The notes: a model not told the origin generated them from the letters alone. DNA of 63,762 nucleotides, filler included, from an uncultured Gemmatimonadota bacterium (GCA_964576115.1; 5 parts of 5 records of this genome joined end to end with filler, not necessarily neighbours in it); one strand, 5' to 3'; positions 20,256-30,116 are shown, counted from the first letter of the whole stretch. Numbers and translations are program-made.

Positions 20256-20690
20256 TCATTCCCCCGTCATTGAGTGCTGTTCGCGGGAGTGGAAGCGGGC
20301 GGCACGTGATGCCGCCACCTCCCGGATCGCAGCCATGATTTCCTCCGGACCGGCACCGATGTCGACGCAGGCATCGGCACCGGCCGAATGAGCCGCCAGG
20401 GCGATTTCCTCGTGTACCGTCATGATCACTATTCCCACCTCGGGGCAGACCTTTCTGAACCGGCGAGTTGCCCGTACGGCGTTGACGGGAGGGATGTGCA
20501 GGTCCATGAGGAGAACGTCGGGTCGAAAGGTTTGGCAGACCGCCACTGCATCCTGCCGGCTGGGAGTGTCGGCGACGACGTCAAAGTCGGGATGGGTGGA
20601 GAGAAGGGCTTTGAGAGCTTTGCACGAACTGTACTGATGGTATGCGATGACCACCGCTATCGGCGGTGGCCGATCGTCAGCAGGGGACAC
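20256..20690 (-). CDS. Stand-alone atypical receiver domain protein
   Basis: PDVLLMDL, IVIMT, AGAD. The acidic pair and conserved Lys are absent. GTG start chosen after GGAGG/GAGGAG; the ORF could extend to 20783. Confidence 0.75.
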   Translation of the reverse strand: MSPADDRPPPIAVVIAYHQYSSCKALKALLSTHPDFDVVADTPSRQDAVAVCQTFRPDVLLMDLHIPPVNAVRATRRFRKVCPEVGIVIMTVHEEIALAAHSAGADACVDIGAGPEEIMAAIREVAASRAARFHSREQHSMTGE

Positions 20691-20909
20691 CTCTCCTCGC
20701 CTCCTTGGACCGCTGTGCTCGACCGCCACGGTTTCGGATCGCACGGGTCGTCGAAGTATCGCCATCGCGTGCCGGACCGGCATCAGCCGGAAGGATGGTT
20801 CGCTCTACGAGAAATGTTGTACGGCCGCGCCGGCTATGGCGAGAAAGCGCAGCACCGCAGGTGCGGATGCTAGCGCAGACCGCAGCCGGAGGATGACTCC
20901 GACAGTCTC

Positions 20910-21569
20910 CTAGATATCCTCCAGGGAGGCGATGCCGTACCGCAGGGCATAAAGAGCCGCCTGGGTACGGTTGTTCAGGTTCAGCTTGGCCAGGATCTTG
21001 CTGACATGCGTGCGGGCCGTGGCTTCGCTGATGAAGAGGTGTTCGGCGATCTCTTCGTTCGAGTACCCGTGGGCGAGTTCTTTGAGAACCTCGGTCTCCC
21101 GGTCGGTCAGGGGTTCGGGAGCCGGCCACGAGGAATCAGCCGGACTGAACTCGCGCAGGAGCCGCCGGGCGATGACCGGGGTCAGGGTCGATTGCCCCCG
21201 GGCGGCCTGGCGGATCGCCGCCAGGAGTTCGGAGGGGCTGACATCTTTGAGCAGATATCCGAGGGCGCCCGCTTCGAGCGCGGGAAAGAGCTTGTCATCG
21301 GTGCCGAAGCTGGTCAGGACCAGGATCTGCGCGTCGGGCAGGCGGGACGTGATCTGCCGGATGGCTTCCACTCCGTCCAGCTCGGGCATGACCAGATCCA
21401 TGAGAATGACGTCGGGCTCCAGATTCAGCGCCTTCTGGACCGCCTCGCGGCCGTTGGACGCTTCGCCGACGACGTCGATCCCCGGTTCGGTCTCGAGCAG
21501 GGTACGCACTCCCTTGCGGACAATCTCGTGATCGTCCACGATCAGGACCGAGAGCGAGGCTTCAGTCAT
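20910..21569 (-). CDS. NarL/LuxR-family response regulator
   Basis: VLIVDDH, PDVILMDL, GYLLKD, LTDRETEVL..G.SN.EIA..L.ISE.T..HV..IL.KL. Confidence 0.95.
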   Translation of the reverse strand: MTEASLSVLIVDDHEIVRKGVRTLLETEPGIDVVGEASNGREAVQKALNLEPDVILMDLVMPELDGVEAIRQITSRLPDAQILVLTSFGTDDKLFPALEAGALGYLLKDVSPSELLAAIRQAARGQSTLTPVIARRLLREFSPADSSWPAPEPLTDRETEVLKELAHGYSNEEIAEHLFISEATARTHVSKILAKLNLNNRTQAALYALRYGIASLEDI

Positions 21570-23127
21570 TGTCCGCCCTTTCTGTCGTAAGCGGGGCCTC
21601 CGTGAGCGGGACCTCGACATGGATATGGGTACCGCCGCCGGTTTCGCTGATCAACTCGAAAGAAGCCTGCAGCTCTCGGGCCCATTCCTCCATGCCTCCC
21701 AGTCCCAGTCCCCCCTTCCGGCGTCCCCGGTCGGGATCGAAACCAACCCCGTCGTCTTTGATGTCGACCGTCAGAACCCCCTGTCCCTCGCGCAGGGAAA
21801 TGGCGATCGAGGAGGCCGCAGCGTGTTTGAGGATGTTGTTGAGCGCTTCGTGGATGATCCCGTGCAGGCCGCTTTCGATGTTCTCGGGCAGCCGCTCGAC
21901 ACCCTCGCACTCGAGCCGGGTGGCGATCCCGACCCGTTCCTCGACCGCGCCCAGGCGGTTGCGGATGGTTTCGATGAGCCCGTCGTCTTTCAGAGCGTGC
22001 GGCCGCAGCTCGTAGACGAAGAGCCTGACCTCGCGCAGGGCCGCCAGGGCCGTCTCGCGCACGTCGCTCACGCTCTGGCGCGCTCGTTCGAGGTCGCCCT
22101 CGGCCAGCATGCGGTCCGAGACCTCGGCGTACAGACTGAGGGCATACAGGGACTGGGTCACCGAATCGTGCAGCTCGCGGGCCAGCCGCTGGCGTTCCTC
22201 GAGCAGGGCCACCTGCTCGTGCTCTTCGCTCAGGCGGGCGTACTCCAGGGCGATAGCCGCCTGATCGGAGAATATCCGCATCACCCGCAAATCGTCGGCC
22301 GTGAAACCGCGGGGGCTGTTGAACAGCAGCAGGGCTCCGAGTTCGTGATTGCCCACCCGCAACGGCGCCATGAGCAGGGAATTGACCGGGAGGTCCTCAC
22401 CGGCAGGATCGGTGGCGGTCGACAACTCATTGTCGAACCGGGGGCCGGTCGGCAGGGTACCCCCCGTGTCGGGCAAAATCCGATCGAGCACACTCTCAAC
22501 CGAGGGCAGTCTCTCCCCCGCTTCCCCCACCACGGTCAGCCGGCCGTCGCCGTCGTCGCGCAAGACCGCCACGCCGGCCGCTGCGGTCAGTCTGAGTGCC
22601 TCGTGGGCGACAATACGCCGGATCCCGGACAGCCCCTGAGCCCGAAGCAGCGTCCCGGTCACCTGACGGACCGAACTGAGCAGGAACCGGCCGTAGTGTT
22701 CCACGAAGAGATCGGTTCCCTGTCGCAGCAGCGCGTCCAGCGAACGGATGTCGCAGACCCCCTCCCCGTCACTGTCTGGTTCCAGAGCGGCGATGAACGG
22801 CAGGGCAACTTCCCTGAGGAGCAACCAGGCCTGGATGACCTCCCGCATTTCAAAGCCCAGTTCCAGCCGGGCGGAGCTGATATCCACGATCCGCCGGCGC
22901 AGGGCGTCGAACGAGCCCGACCGCAGGCTGGCAATCGCCGCCTCGAGGGTTTCGATGTTCCAGTCGGCGATCTCGGCGTGCGAGCGAGACTGATAGTGAC
23001 TGCCGGGCAGAGCGAGAACCCGGTCGGCCCAGTCGGAAACCAGCTCGTCAAAGTGCTGTTCAAGGGTGTCGGCCAGGTTGGGACAGGCCTGGTGTTCCGC
23101 CTGCAGAAAGAGATCGTCCTCCACCAT
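21562..23127 (-). CDS. Soluble histidine kinase (RsbRD_N-like, GAF, HisKA_3, HATPase)
   Basis: ERQRLARELHDSVTQ, EALNNILKHA, DDGVGF, GLGLGGM. GAF-like SLLMAPL..LGAL. Helical N-terminal domain. Confidence 0.88.
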   Translation of the reverse strand: MVEDDLFLQAEHQACPNLADTLEQHFDELVSDWADRVLALPGSHYQSRSHAEIADWNIETLEAAIASLRSGSFDALRRRIVDISSARLELGFEMREVIQAWLLLREVALPFIAALEPDSDGEGVCDIRSLDALLRQGTDLFVEHYGRFLLSSVRQVTGTLLRAQGLSGIRRIVAHEALRLTAAAGVAVLRDDGDGRLTVVGEAGERLPSVESVLDRILPDTGGTLPTGPRFDNELSTATDPAGEDLPVNSLLMAPLRVGNHELGALLLFNSPRGFTADDLRVMRIFSDQAAIALEYARLSEEHEQVALLEERQRLARELHDSVTQSLYALSLYAEVSDRMLAEGDLERARQSVSDVRETALAALREVRLFVYELRPHALKDDGLIETIRNRLGAVEERVGIATRLECEGVERLPENIESGLHGIIHEALNNILKHAAASSIAISLREGQGVLTVDIKDDGVGFDPDRGRRKGGLGLGGMEEWARELQASFELISETGGGTHIHVEVPLTEAPLTTERADND

Positions 23128-23370
23128 CGTCTCCCTTCCCATAGACCCGGACAGGCTGCTTGAGGACAGGCAGCGGGTACATCAATCGGCGTACCCCCTG
23201 TCGACAAAGTACCGATTCCGACCGCGGTCAGAAACACTCTCTTCCGCGTAGGCGTCTCCATCCCTCCGGCTGATTCCGCCGGCGGGTCGATTCCCGATCT
23301 TATGAGCGTCAATACACCCGGCGATGTCACCCGATCGGTTCCGCGGATCGGCCAGATGGAGGAGGCTCAG

Positions 23371-23724
23371 ATGGAATCCGTCACCACCAGATCGCGCGTG
23401 GCCACCCGACGTTCTGTCACACCCCGGCAAGCACGCCGAACCTGCCGGATCACGGTCTGCGACTGCCCGGTCTGCCGCATCATGGGATCGGGGCGAATCC
23501 TCAGTTCGTTCGCCGTCTACCAGCAGGTTCTCGCCGAGCAGACGCGGCGGCCCATCAACCTGAAGATCCACCTCGGTCGGTTGCCGGGGATCTGCACCAG
23601 CGGTCCCAACATCACGGTCAACGGCCAGCGGGTGGAACGCGTCCGGCCCGAGGCTGTCCGCGGGATCATCCGCGATCTCATGACCGAGACATCACACAAC
23701 CGATCGCCCGTGACAGGTGCGTGA
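23371..23724 (+). CDS. Thioredoxin-like (NuoE-type) 2Fe-2S ferredoxin-like protein
   Basis: ITVCDCPVCRIMGS and GICTSGPNITVNG..V.PE.V..II. Strong GGAGGAGG SD before ATG 23371. Confidence 0.72.
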   Translation: MESVTTRSRVATRRSVTPRQARRTCRITVCDCPVCRIMGSGRILSSFAVYQQVLAEQTRRPINLKIHLGRLPGICTSGPNITVNGQRVERVRPEAVRGIIRDLMTETSHNRSPVTGA

Positions 23725-23771
23725 TGAATCGCTCCGGTTCAGGGGAACGTGTCAGGGGAAGGAGTGCCACC

Positions 23772-25079
23772 ATGATCACCGAAACAGTGAAAACCCGCCC
23801 CATCGCGCGCACGAGGCGCCGGCGGTCCGGCAGTCTCTACGAAAGCGTGATCGGACAGTACGAGAAAGCCGCCAGGATCTACGATCTCGATCCCGACGTC
23901 CACGAGATCCTCTCCCGGCCCATGACCGAGATCACCGTCAACTTCCCGGTCCACCGGGACAATGGCCGGATCGAGATGTTCACCGGCTACCGGGTGCAGC
24001 ACAACAACATCCTGGGCCCCTTCAAGGGCGGCCTGCGCTACCACCCCGCGGTGGACATCGACGAGGTCCGGGCCCTGGCCGCCTGGATGACCTGGAAGTG
24101 CGCCATCGCCGGTATCCCCTTCGGGGGAGGCAAGGGAGGCATCAGAATCGCTCCGGCGCGGTATTCGCAAAGCGAACTGGAGCGGATCACCCGCCGTTTC
24201 GTCTATGCCCTGGGCGACAATATCGGCCCCGAATACGATATTCCGGCGCCCGACGTGAATACCAACGCCCAGATCATGGCCTGGTTCCTCGACACCTATC
24301 TCACCACCGTCCCCCCGCACCTGCGCAACGCCTGCACCCATGTTGTGACCGGCAAACCGCTGGGTTCGGGAGGCAGCCGGGGCCGCGACAAGGCCACCGG
24401 ACAGGGAGTGGTGAACTGCATCGAACTCTGGTCGGCCGAGCATGGCCTCGACCTGAGTTCGGCCACCTGTACCGTGCAGGGATTCGGGAACGTGGGCTCG
24501 TGGAGCGCCCGGCTCCTGAAGCCGTTCGGAACCCGCCTGCTGGCCGCCGAAGACGTTACCGGCGCCATCGCCAACTCGGCCGGCATCGATCCCGAGGCGC
24601 TGACCGAGTACGTGCTCGATACCGGCGGAGTGAGCGGGTACCCCGAGGCGGTCGCCGTCGACCACGAGACCTTTCTGCGCACCGAGGCCGACATCTTCAT
24701 CCCCGCCGCCCTGGAAAAGCAGATCGACCGGACGACCGCCAACTGGCTAAACGTCTCGCTGGTGGCCGAGGGCGCCAACGGCCCCACCACGCCCGAGGGG
24801 AACGACATCCTCGAGCAGCGGGGGATCGGGGTGCTGCCGGACGTGCTCTGTAACTCAGGCGGGGTGATCGTCAGTTACTTCGAGTGGCTCCAGAACAAGA
24901 CCAGCGAGTACTGGTCCCTGAGCGATGTCGACGCCAAACTGCGCGAGACCATCAGCGAAAGTTACGCCGGGGTCAGCGAGGCGGCCCGGCGCTACGAGAG
25001 CGACTGGCGCACGGCGGCCTACATCGTGGCCCTGGCCCGGCTCGAGGGAGCCTACCGCAACCGCGGAATTTTCCCGTGA
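23772..25079 (+). CDS. gdhA: Glutamate dehydrogenase (Glu/Leu/Phe/Val family)
   Basis: GYRVQHN, GPFKGGLRY, MTWKCA, GGGKGG, DIPAPDV, VQGFGNVG, EGANGP, GGVIVSYFEW. Confidence 0.93.
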   Translation: MITETVKTRPIARTRRRRSGSLYESVIGQYEKAARIYDLDPDVHEILSRPMTEITVNFPVHRDNGRIEMFTGYRVQHNNILGPFKGGLRYHPAVDIDEVRALAAWMTWKCAIAGIPFGGGKGGIRIAPARYSQSELERITRRFVYALGDNIGPEYDIPAPDVNTNAQIMAWFLDTYLTTVPPHLRNACTHVVTGKPLGSGGSRGRDKATGQGVVNCIELWSAEHGLDLSSATCTVQGFGNVGSWSARLLKPFGTRLLAAEDVTGAIANSAGIDPEALTEYVLDTGGVSGYPEAVAVDHETFLRTEADIFIPAALEKQIDRTTANWLNVSLVAEGANGPTTPEGNDILEQRGIGVLPDVLCNSGGVIVSYFEWLQNKTSEYWSLSDVDAKLRETISESYAGVSEAARRYESDWRTAAYIVALARLEGAYRNRGIFP

Positions 25080-25122
25080 GTCCGGTTCGCTGATTGCCCA
25101 CGAAAGCCACGAAACAGGAGGC

Positions 25123-25154
25123 AAGCGGGCCGGGGAGCATCCCGGCCCGCTTTT
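25123..25154 (+). terminator. Probable intrinsic terminator after gdh
   Basis: AAGCGGGCCGGG-GAGCAT-CCCGGCCCGCTT followed by TT. Confidence 0.7.
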
Positions 25155-25283
25155 CCGTACGGCGGACAAACTCGTCGGCCGGATCGAAAAAGACGTGGTC
25201 GCGCCCCGGAGCCGGCGACTCTACCTTTCCAGGAGCCTGTCGGAGTAAACTCGCGACGGAAGGGTAAAGACCAGAGGAACGCC

Positions 25284-27968
25284 ATGTCCATCCGCAATCT
25301 GGAGTGTCTTTTCGATCCCCGGCGTATCGCCATCGTCGGAGCCTCGCCCAATCCCGAAAGCGTCAGCGGCCGCCTGATGCGCAATCTCGTCGGCGGTTTC
25401 CGTGGTGTGATGTACCCGGTCAATCCCACCGCCGAAGCCGTGCTCGGCATTCCCTGCTATTCCGATCTGACCCACTGTCCCCACCCCCCCGACCTGGCCG
25501 TCATCTGTACTTCAGCCGAAGAGGTCCCCGACAGGGTTCGGGAGTGCGGGGAGGTCGGCACCCGCTGCGTGGTGATCATCTCGGCCGGTTTCGGCGAGAC
25601 CGGTCCCGAGGGCCGCGAGCTGGAGGCGCGGATCGAAGCCGAGCGATGCCGCTTTGGCGACATGCGCATCCTCGGTCCCAATTGCCTGGGATTCATCGTC
25701 CCGGGCCGGAACCTGAACCTGAGTTTCGCCGACGGCATGCCGCAGGACGGCGACATCGCCTTCATCTCCCAGTCGGGCGCGCTCTGCTCGTCGGTCCTGG
25801 ACTGGGCCATCGAAGAGAAGATCGGCTTCAGCTACTTCGTCTCGATCGGCAACATGGTGGATATCGATTTCGCCGACCTGATCGACTACTTCGGCGAGGA
25901 CGAAAAGACCCGTTCGATCATCCTCTACATCGAATCGATCCGGGACGCACGGTCCTTCATGACAGCCGCCCGAGCCTTTGCCCGGACCAAACCGATCGTG
26001 GCCTACAAGGCCGGCCGGTATGCCGAGTCGGCCGCCGTGGCGGCCTCGCATACCGGGGCGATGGCCTCGGCGGACGATGTCTACGAAGCCGCTTTCGAGC
26101 GGGCCGGCATCGCCCGTGTGCGCGAGATCGGCGAGATCTTCGATGTAGCCGATCTGATCGGCCGGCGCCGGATCCCGCGCGGGCCCCGCCTGGGCATCGT
26201 CACCAACGCCGGCGGTCCCGGGGTGATGGCGGTCGATTCGCTCATCGGTTCCGACGGCGTGCTGGCCGACCTGTCCGACGAGAGCCTGACGGCTCTCAAC
26301 GAATCCCTGCCGCCGATGTGGTCGCACCGCAATCCGGTCGACGTGCTCGGTGACGCCCGTCCCAAACGGATCGCCAAAGCGACCGGCATCCTGCTGGCCG
26401 ATCCCGGTGTGGACGCCGTGCTGGTGATCATCACTCCCCAGGCCATGACCAATCCGACCGGTACCGCCCGCCAGATTGCCCGACTGACCGAAGAGACTTC
26501 GAAACCGATCCTGGGAACCTGGCTGGGGGGTCGGAGCATGCGTGAGGGCATCGCGATTCTCAACGATGCGGGGGTTGCTTCCTACACTACTCCCGAGCAG
26601 GCAATCCGGGCTTTCATGACCCTGGTTGAGTACTCGCGCAGTCTCAAGAGCCTCTACGAAACTCCGAAGGACATCCCCGTCTGCTTCCCCCTGCCCCGGA
26701 CCGAACTGCGCGAACGGTTCGATTCGCTGATCAACGGCGGGGGACCGGTCCTCACCGAGACGGTCTCGAAAACCCTGCTCGACGCCTACGGCATACCCGT
26801 CACGCCGACTCGTTCGGCCGCCGATGCCGGGGCCGCCGTCGCCCTGGCCGAAGAACTCGGTTACCCGGTGGTGCTCAAGATCGACTCCCCCGAGCTGACC
26901 CATAAGAGTGACGTGGGCGGAGTCGCACTCGATCTGGCCGACGCCGATGAAGTGCGCCGGGCCTTCGACCGGATCATGGCCTCTTCAGCCGCCGCCGATC
27001 CGGATGCTCATCTCGAGGGTGTGACCGTCCAGCCCATGATCGCCGCCGGAGCCAGTCACGAGCTCATCTTCGGCGTGCGACGGGATCCCGTGTTCGGCAG
27101 TGTCATCATGGCCGGCCGCGGAGGAACCGGTGCCGAACTCTTCGGCGACCGCGTTCTCGGGTTCCCCCCTCTGAACGAACACCTGGCCCGGCTCATGCTC
27201 GAATCGCTCACCATCTGGCCCCTGCTCACCGGCTACCGCGGGCGGGCACCGGTCGCGGTCGAGGCCGTGATCGAGGCCCTGATCCGCCTCTCCTACCTGG
27301 CCGCCGACTACCCCGAGATATCCGAACTGGACATCAATCCGGTGCTGGCGACCCCCGGCGGAGTGCTCGCTCTCGATGCCCGTGTCATCCTCGATCCCGA
27401 AGCTCTGGGGCGGGATACCGAACCCTATGCCCATCTGGCCCTGCGCCCCTACCCCGAAGAATACGTGCGCGAGGTCACCCTGCGCGACGGAACCCGGGTG
27501 ACTTTCCGGCCCATCAAGCCCGAGGACGAGCCGATGTGGTTCGCCCTGCTCCGCAGCTGCTCGCCCGAATCGATCTATCACCGCTTCCGCTACCTCTTTC
27601 ACTGGGATACCCACGAGGTCGCCTCGCGCTTCTGTTTCATCGACTACGACCGCGAGATAGCCATCGTGCCCGAGATCACGGTGGATGGGGAACGAAAGCT
27701 GATGGGGGTGGGCCGGCTGGTCGCCGACCCCGATCACCAGGAGGTCGAGTACGCCGTCCTGGTCGGGGATGCCTGGCAGAACCGAGGCCTGGGGGGACAG
27801 CTGACCGACTATTGTTTCGAGATCGCCCGCCGCTGGGGGCTGAAGCGCATAGTGGCCCAGACCACAGTCGACAACCAGCGGATGATCTCGATCTTCAAGA
27901 AACGGGGCTTCGAGATAGAAACCGACGAGACCGGCATCGAGGTGAGCATCAGCAAGCCCTTGGATTGA
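25284..27968 (+). CDS. Acyl-CoA ligase (NDP-forming)-like/GNAT fusion, Pat-type protein lysine acetyltransferase
   Basis: IAIVGAS, LGPNCLG, SQSGA, SHTGA, TNAGG, NPVD, HKSDVGGV, ELDINP. C-terminal GNAT (IDYDRE, EYAVLV.DAWQNRGLG). Confidence 0.92.
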   Translation: MSIRNLECLFDPRRIAIVGASPNPESVSGRLMRNLVGGFRGVMYPVNPTAEAVLGIPCYSDLTHCPHPPDLAVICTSAEEVPDRVRECGEVGTRCVVIISAGFGETGPEGRELEARIEAERCRFGDMRILGPNCLGFIVPGRNLNLSFADGMPQDGDIAFISQSGALCSSVLDWAIEEKIGFSYFVSIGNMVDIDFADLIDYFGEDEKTRSIILYIESIRDARSFMTAARAFARTKPIVAYKAGRYAESAAVAASHTGAMASADDVYEAAFERAGIARVREIGEIFDVADLIGRRRIPRGPRLGIVTNAGGPGVMAVDSLIGSDGVLADLSDESLTALNESLPPMWSHRNPVDVLGDARPKRIAKATGILLADPGVDAVLVIITPQAMTNPTGTARQIARLTEETSKPILGTWLGGRSMREGIAILNDAGVASYTTPEQAIRAFMTLVEYSRSLKSLYETPKDIPVCFPLPRTELRERFDSLINGGGPVLTETVSKTLLDAYGIPVTPTRSAADAGAAVALAEELGYPVVLKIDSPELTHKSDVGGVALDLADADEVRRAFDRIMASSAAADPDAHLEGVTVQPMIAAGASHELIFGVRRDPVFGSVIMAGRGGTGAELFGDRVLGFPPLNEHLARLMLESLTIWPLLTGYRGRAPVAVEAVIEALIRLSYLAADYPEISELDINPVLATPGGVLALDARVILDPEALGRDTEPYAHLALRPYPEEYVREVTLRDGTRVTFRPIKPEDEPMWFALLRSCSPESIYHRFRYLFHWDTHEVASRFCFIDYDREIAIVPEITVDGERKLMGVGRLVADPDHQEVEYAVLVGDAWQNRGLGGQLTDYCFEIARRWGLKRIVAQTTVDNQRMISIFKKRGFEIETDETGIEVSISKPLD

Positions 27969-27994
27969 GCCGGGAGCCGGGAGCCGGGAGCCGG
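27967..27994 (+). repeat. Heptamer tandem repeat (GAGCCGG x4)
   Basis: Read directly, starting in the stop codon of the Pat gene. Confidence 0.93.
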
Positions 27995-28125
27995 TTTCGC
28001 AATGTTCCTCTCGACTCCTGGCGGCGGCGATCGGATCGCTGTATCCCGCCTCGATTCAACCAGACCAGTGATCACCCTGGTGCCGCCCACCATCTCGGCC
28101 CAGCGTCAGGCCCGCTGGCGGGGCA

Positions 28126-28225
28126 NNNNNNNNNNNNNNNNNNNNNNNNNNNNNNNNNNNNNNNNNNNNTTAATTAATTAANNNNNNNNNNNNNNNNNNN
28201 NNNNNNNNNNNNNNNNNNNNNNNNN
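28126..28225. other. Artificial contig linker
   Basis: N-TTAATTAATTAA-N. Confidence 0.98.
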
Positions 28226-28512
28226 TCAGCCGGCAGATATCTCAGAATCGGATCGTCGGGGGAGAGCCGGCCCTGTTCGGCCAGTCTCATCACCAGCACG
28301 GCGGTCATCGCCTTGCCGATGCTGGCGGTGTGGTAGCGGTCGCCGGGCTGAACGGCGCGGTCATCCTCACCGCTCACACCGGTGGCCAGAGGCCAGTGGA
28401 TCCCCAGGCGGTCGGAATGAACCAGGAGCAGACCGAGGTGCAGCAGATCGGAGCCGGCAACGGTCTTTTCGAGCCGTCTCCGTATCTTGATTTCAACGTC
28501 GTCTCTGGTCAT
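28226..28512 (-). CDS. Serine hydrolase (beta-lactamase family), N-terminal part; truncated at the contig end
   Basis: ASIGKAMTA SxxK motif, L.EQGRLS.DDPI..YLP. Confidence 0.85.
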
Positions 28513-28818
28513 GAAGGATCTTCCACAGGTTGTATGGATGGCATCACGGACAGGAGGAGTGAGATGAACCTGTCCAGATGTGATGGCCAGTATATTCGGA
28601 AAAGGGAAAACCCGCCACGTCAGCAGTGCAACGGAACGAAGGTTGCATTGTCACGGCCAATAATATTATATAATCCCGACTCTAAGTATTATAATATCCC
28701 GGTTATAAACATTGCATTATTACTGTTTCAGAAGTACAATCAAGTGAAAGATGGGCTGAGAAAACACTATGGACGACCGATCCGGGCCCTTTCATGCCCG
28801 GTGAAGCTGCAGGGGAAT

Positions 28819-30075
28819 ATGAACATGACATATCGGGCGCGGGTAGTGGACAGCGAACTCGCTGAACGACTCTCGGCGGCAGGAGCCGTCGTCATTGAAG
28901 GTCCCAGAGCATCCGGGAAAACCTCCACAGCCAGACAGGTAGCCGCCAGTGAAGTCCTTCTCGATGTTGATGCCAATGCCCGCCAGGCTGTGGCGGTTGA
29001 TCCCTCTCTGGTGCTGGAAGGCAATGTACCCCGGTTGATCGACGAGTGGCAGCTGGAACCCGTTCTCTGGAACCATATCCGACGTGTCATCGACGACCGT
29101 GGAGCAGCCGGTCAATTCATTCTCACAGGTTCGGCGATCCCTGCTGATGATATCACCCGTCACACCGGAGCAGCCCGACTGACCCGTCTCCATATGAGAC
29201 CGATGACGCTGTTCGAGTCCGGATATGCTGATGGGACAGTGTCTCTGAGGGAGTTACTGCAGGGCCGGATCGCCCCTGCTCAAGATCCTGGACTCACCAT
29301 ACCGGACATCGCGGAACGCATTGCCGCCGGCGGGTGGCCCGGTTTTCTCAGCTTCACGATATCCCAGTCGTTACGGGCGGTTCGGGATTATATCGAAGAG
29401 ATCCGTCGAATCGATATCGGGCGTATCGACCAGACCCGTCGGGATCCTGAGAAGGTCGGTCGACTCCTGAGATCCCTGGCACGAAATGTATCAACCCACG
29501 CAGCGGCTACCACCCTTGCTGCTGACGCGGGAGGCGCTGACGGTACCCTCGATGACGATACTGTTCGGGAATATCTGGTGGCGCTCGAGCGTCTGATGAT
29601 CGTTGAGGATCAACCCGCCTGGGCACCTCACCTGCGTTCGAGATCGATCCTTCGCCGGGCCGCAAAACGTCATTTCGTAGACCCCTCCCTCGCGGTCGCT
29701 GCCCTGGGAGCAACTGCTGAGAGATTATTGAAGGATTTGAATCTGTTCGGTCTGCTGTTCGAGTCGTTGGTTGTACGTGACCTGCGTGTATTCGCTCAGT
29801 CAGTCGATGCCAGAGTCATGCACTATCATGACAATACCGGGCTCGAGATCGACGCCATCGTAGAGGCCGCAGACGGTCGTTGGGCGGCGTTCGAGGTGAA
29901 GCTCGGGACAGGGCATATTGAGCAGGGAGCAGCGAACCTTCTGAAATTCACTGAACGTATCGATGTCGAACGATGTGGAACACCGGCGATCCTGGGGGTA
30001 ATCACCGGAAGGGGGTACTGCTATCAACGTGACGATGGAGTGGTGGTGATCCCGGTGGGAGTGCTGGGACCGTAA
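28819..30075 (+). CDS. AAA_14-type ATPase with DUF4143 and a PD-(D/E)xK-like C-terminus
   Basis: YRARVVD, EGPRASGKT, LIDEWQ, FILTGS, FVDPSLA, GLLFES, EIDAIVE..AFEVKL. Start is 28819 or 28825, not 28330. Confidence 0.9.
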   Translation: MNMTYRARVVDSELAERLSAAGAVVIEGPRASGKTSTARQVAASEVLLDVDANARQAVAVDPSLVLEGNVPRLIDEWQLEPVLWNHIRRVIDDRGAAGQFILTGSAIPADDITRHTGAARLTRLHMRPMTLFESGYADGTVSLRELLQGRIAPAQDPGLTIPDIAERIAAGGWPGFLSFTISQSLRAVRDYIEEIRRIDIGRIDQTRRDPEKVGRLLRSLARNVSTHAAATTLAADAGGADGTLDDDTVREYLVALERLMIVEDQPAWAPHLRSRSILRRAAKRHFVDPSLAVAALGATAERLLKDLNLFGLLFESLVVRDLRVFAQSVDARVMHYHDNTGLEIDAIVEAADGRWAAFEVKLGTGHIEQGAANLLKFTERIDVERCGTPAILGVITGRGYCYQRDDGVVVIPVGVLGP

Positions 30076-30116
30076 TCTGACACGCTGAGATAAGGTCAGA
30101 AGTGATACTTCAGGAT

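Noticed and set aside
27967-27994. GAGCCGG x4 as a CRISPR or contingency locus
   Set aside because: No spacers, and it lies after the stop codon; a simple microsatellite.
29205-29225. GTTCGAGTCC resembling a tRNA T-loop
   Set aside because: It lies inside the AAA CDS with no cloverleaf around it.
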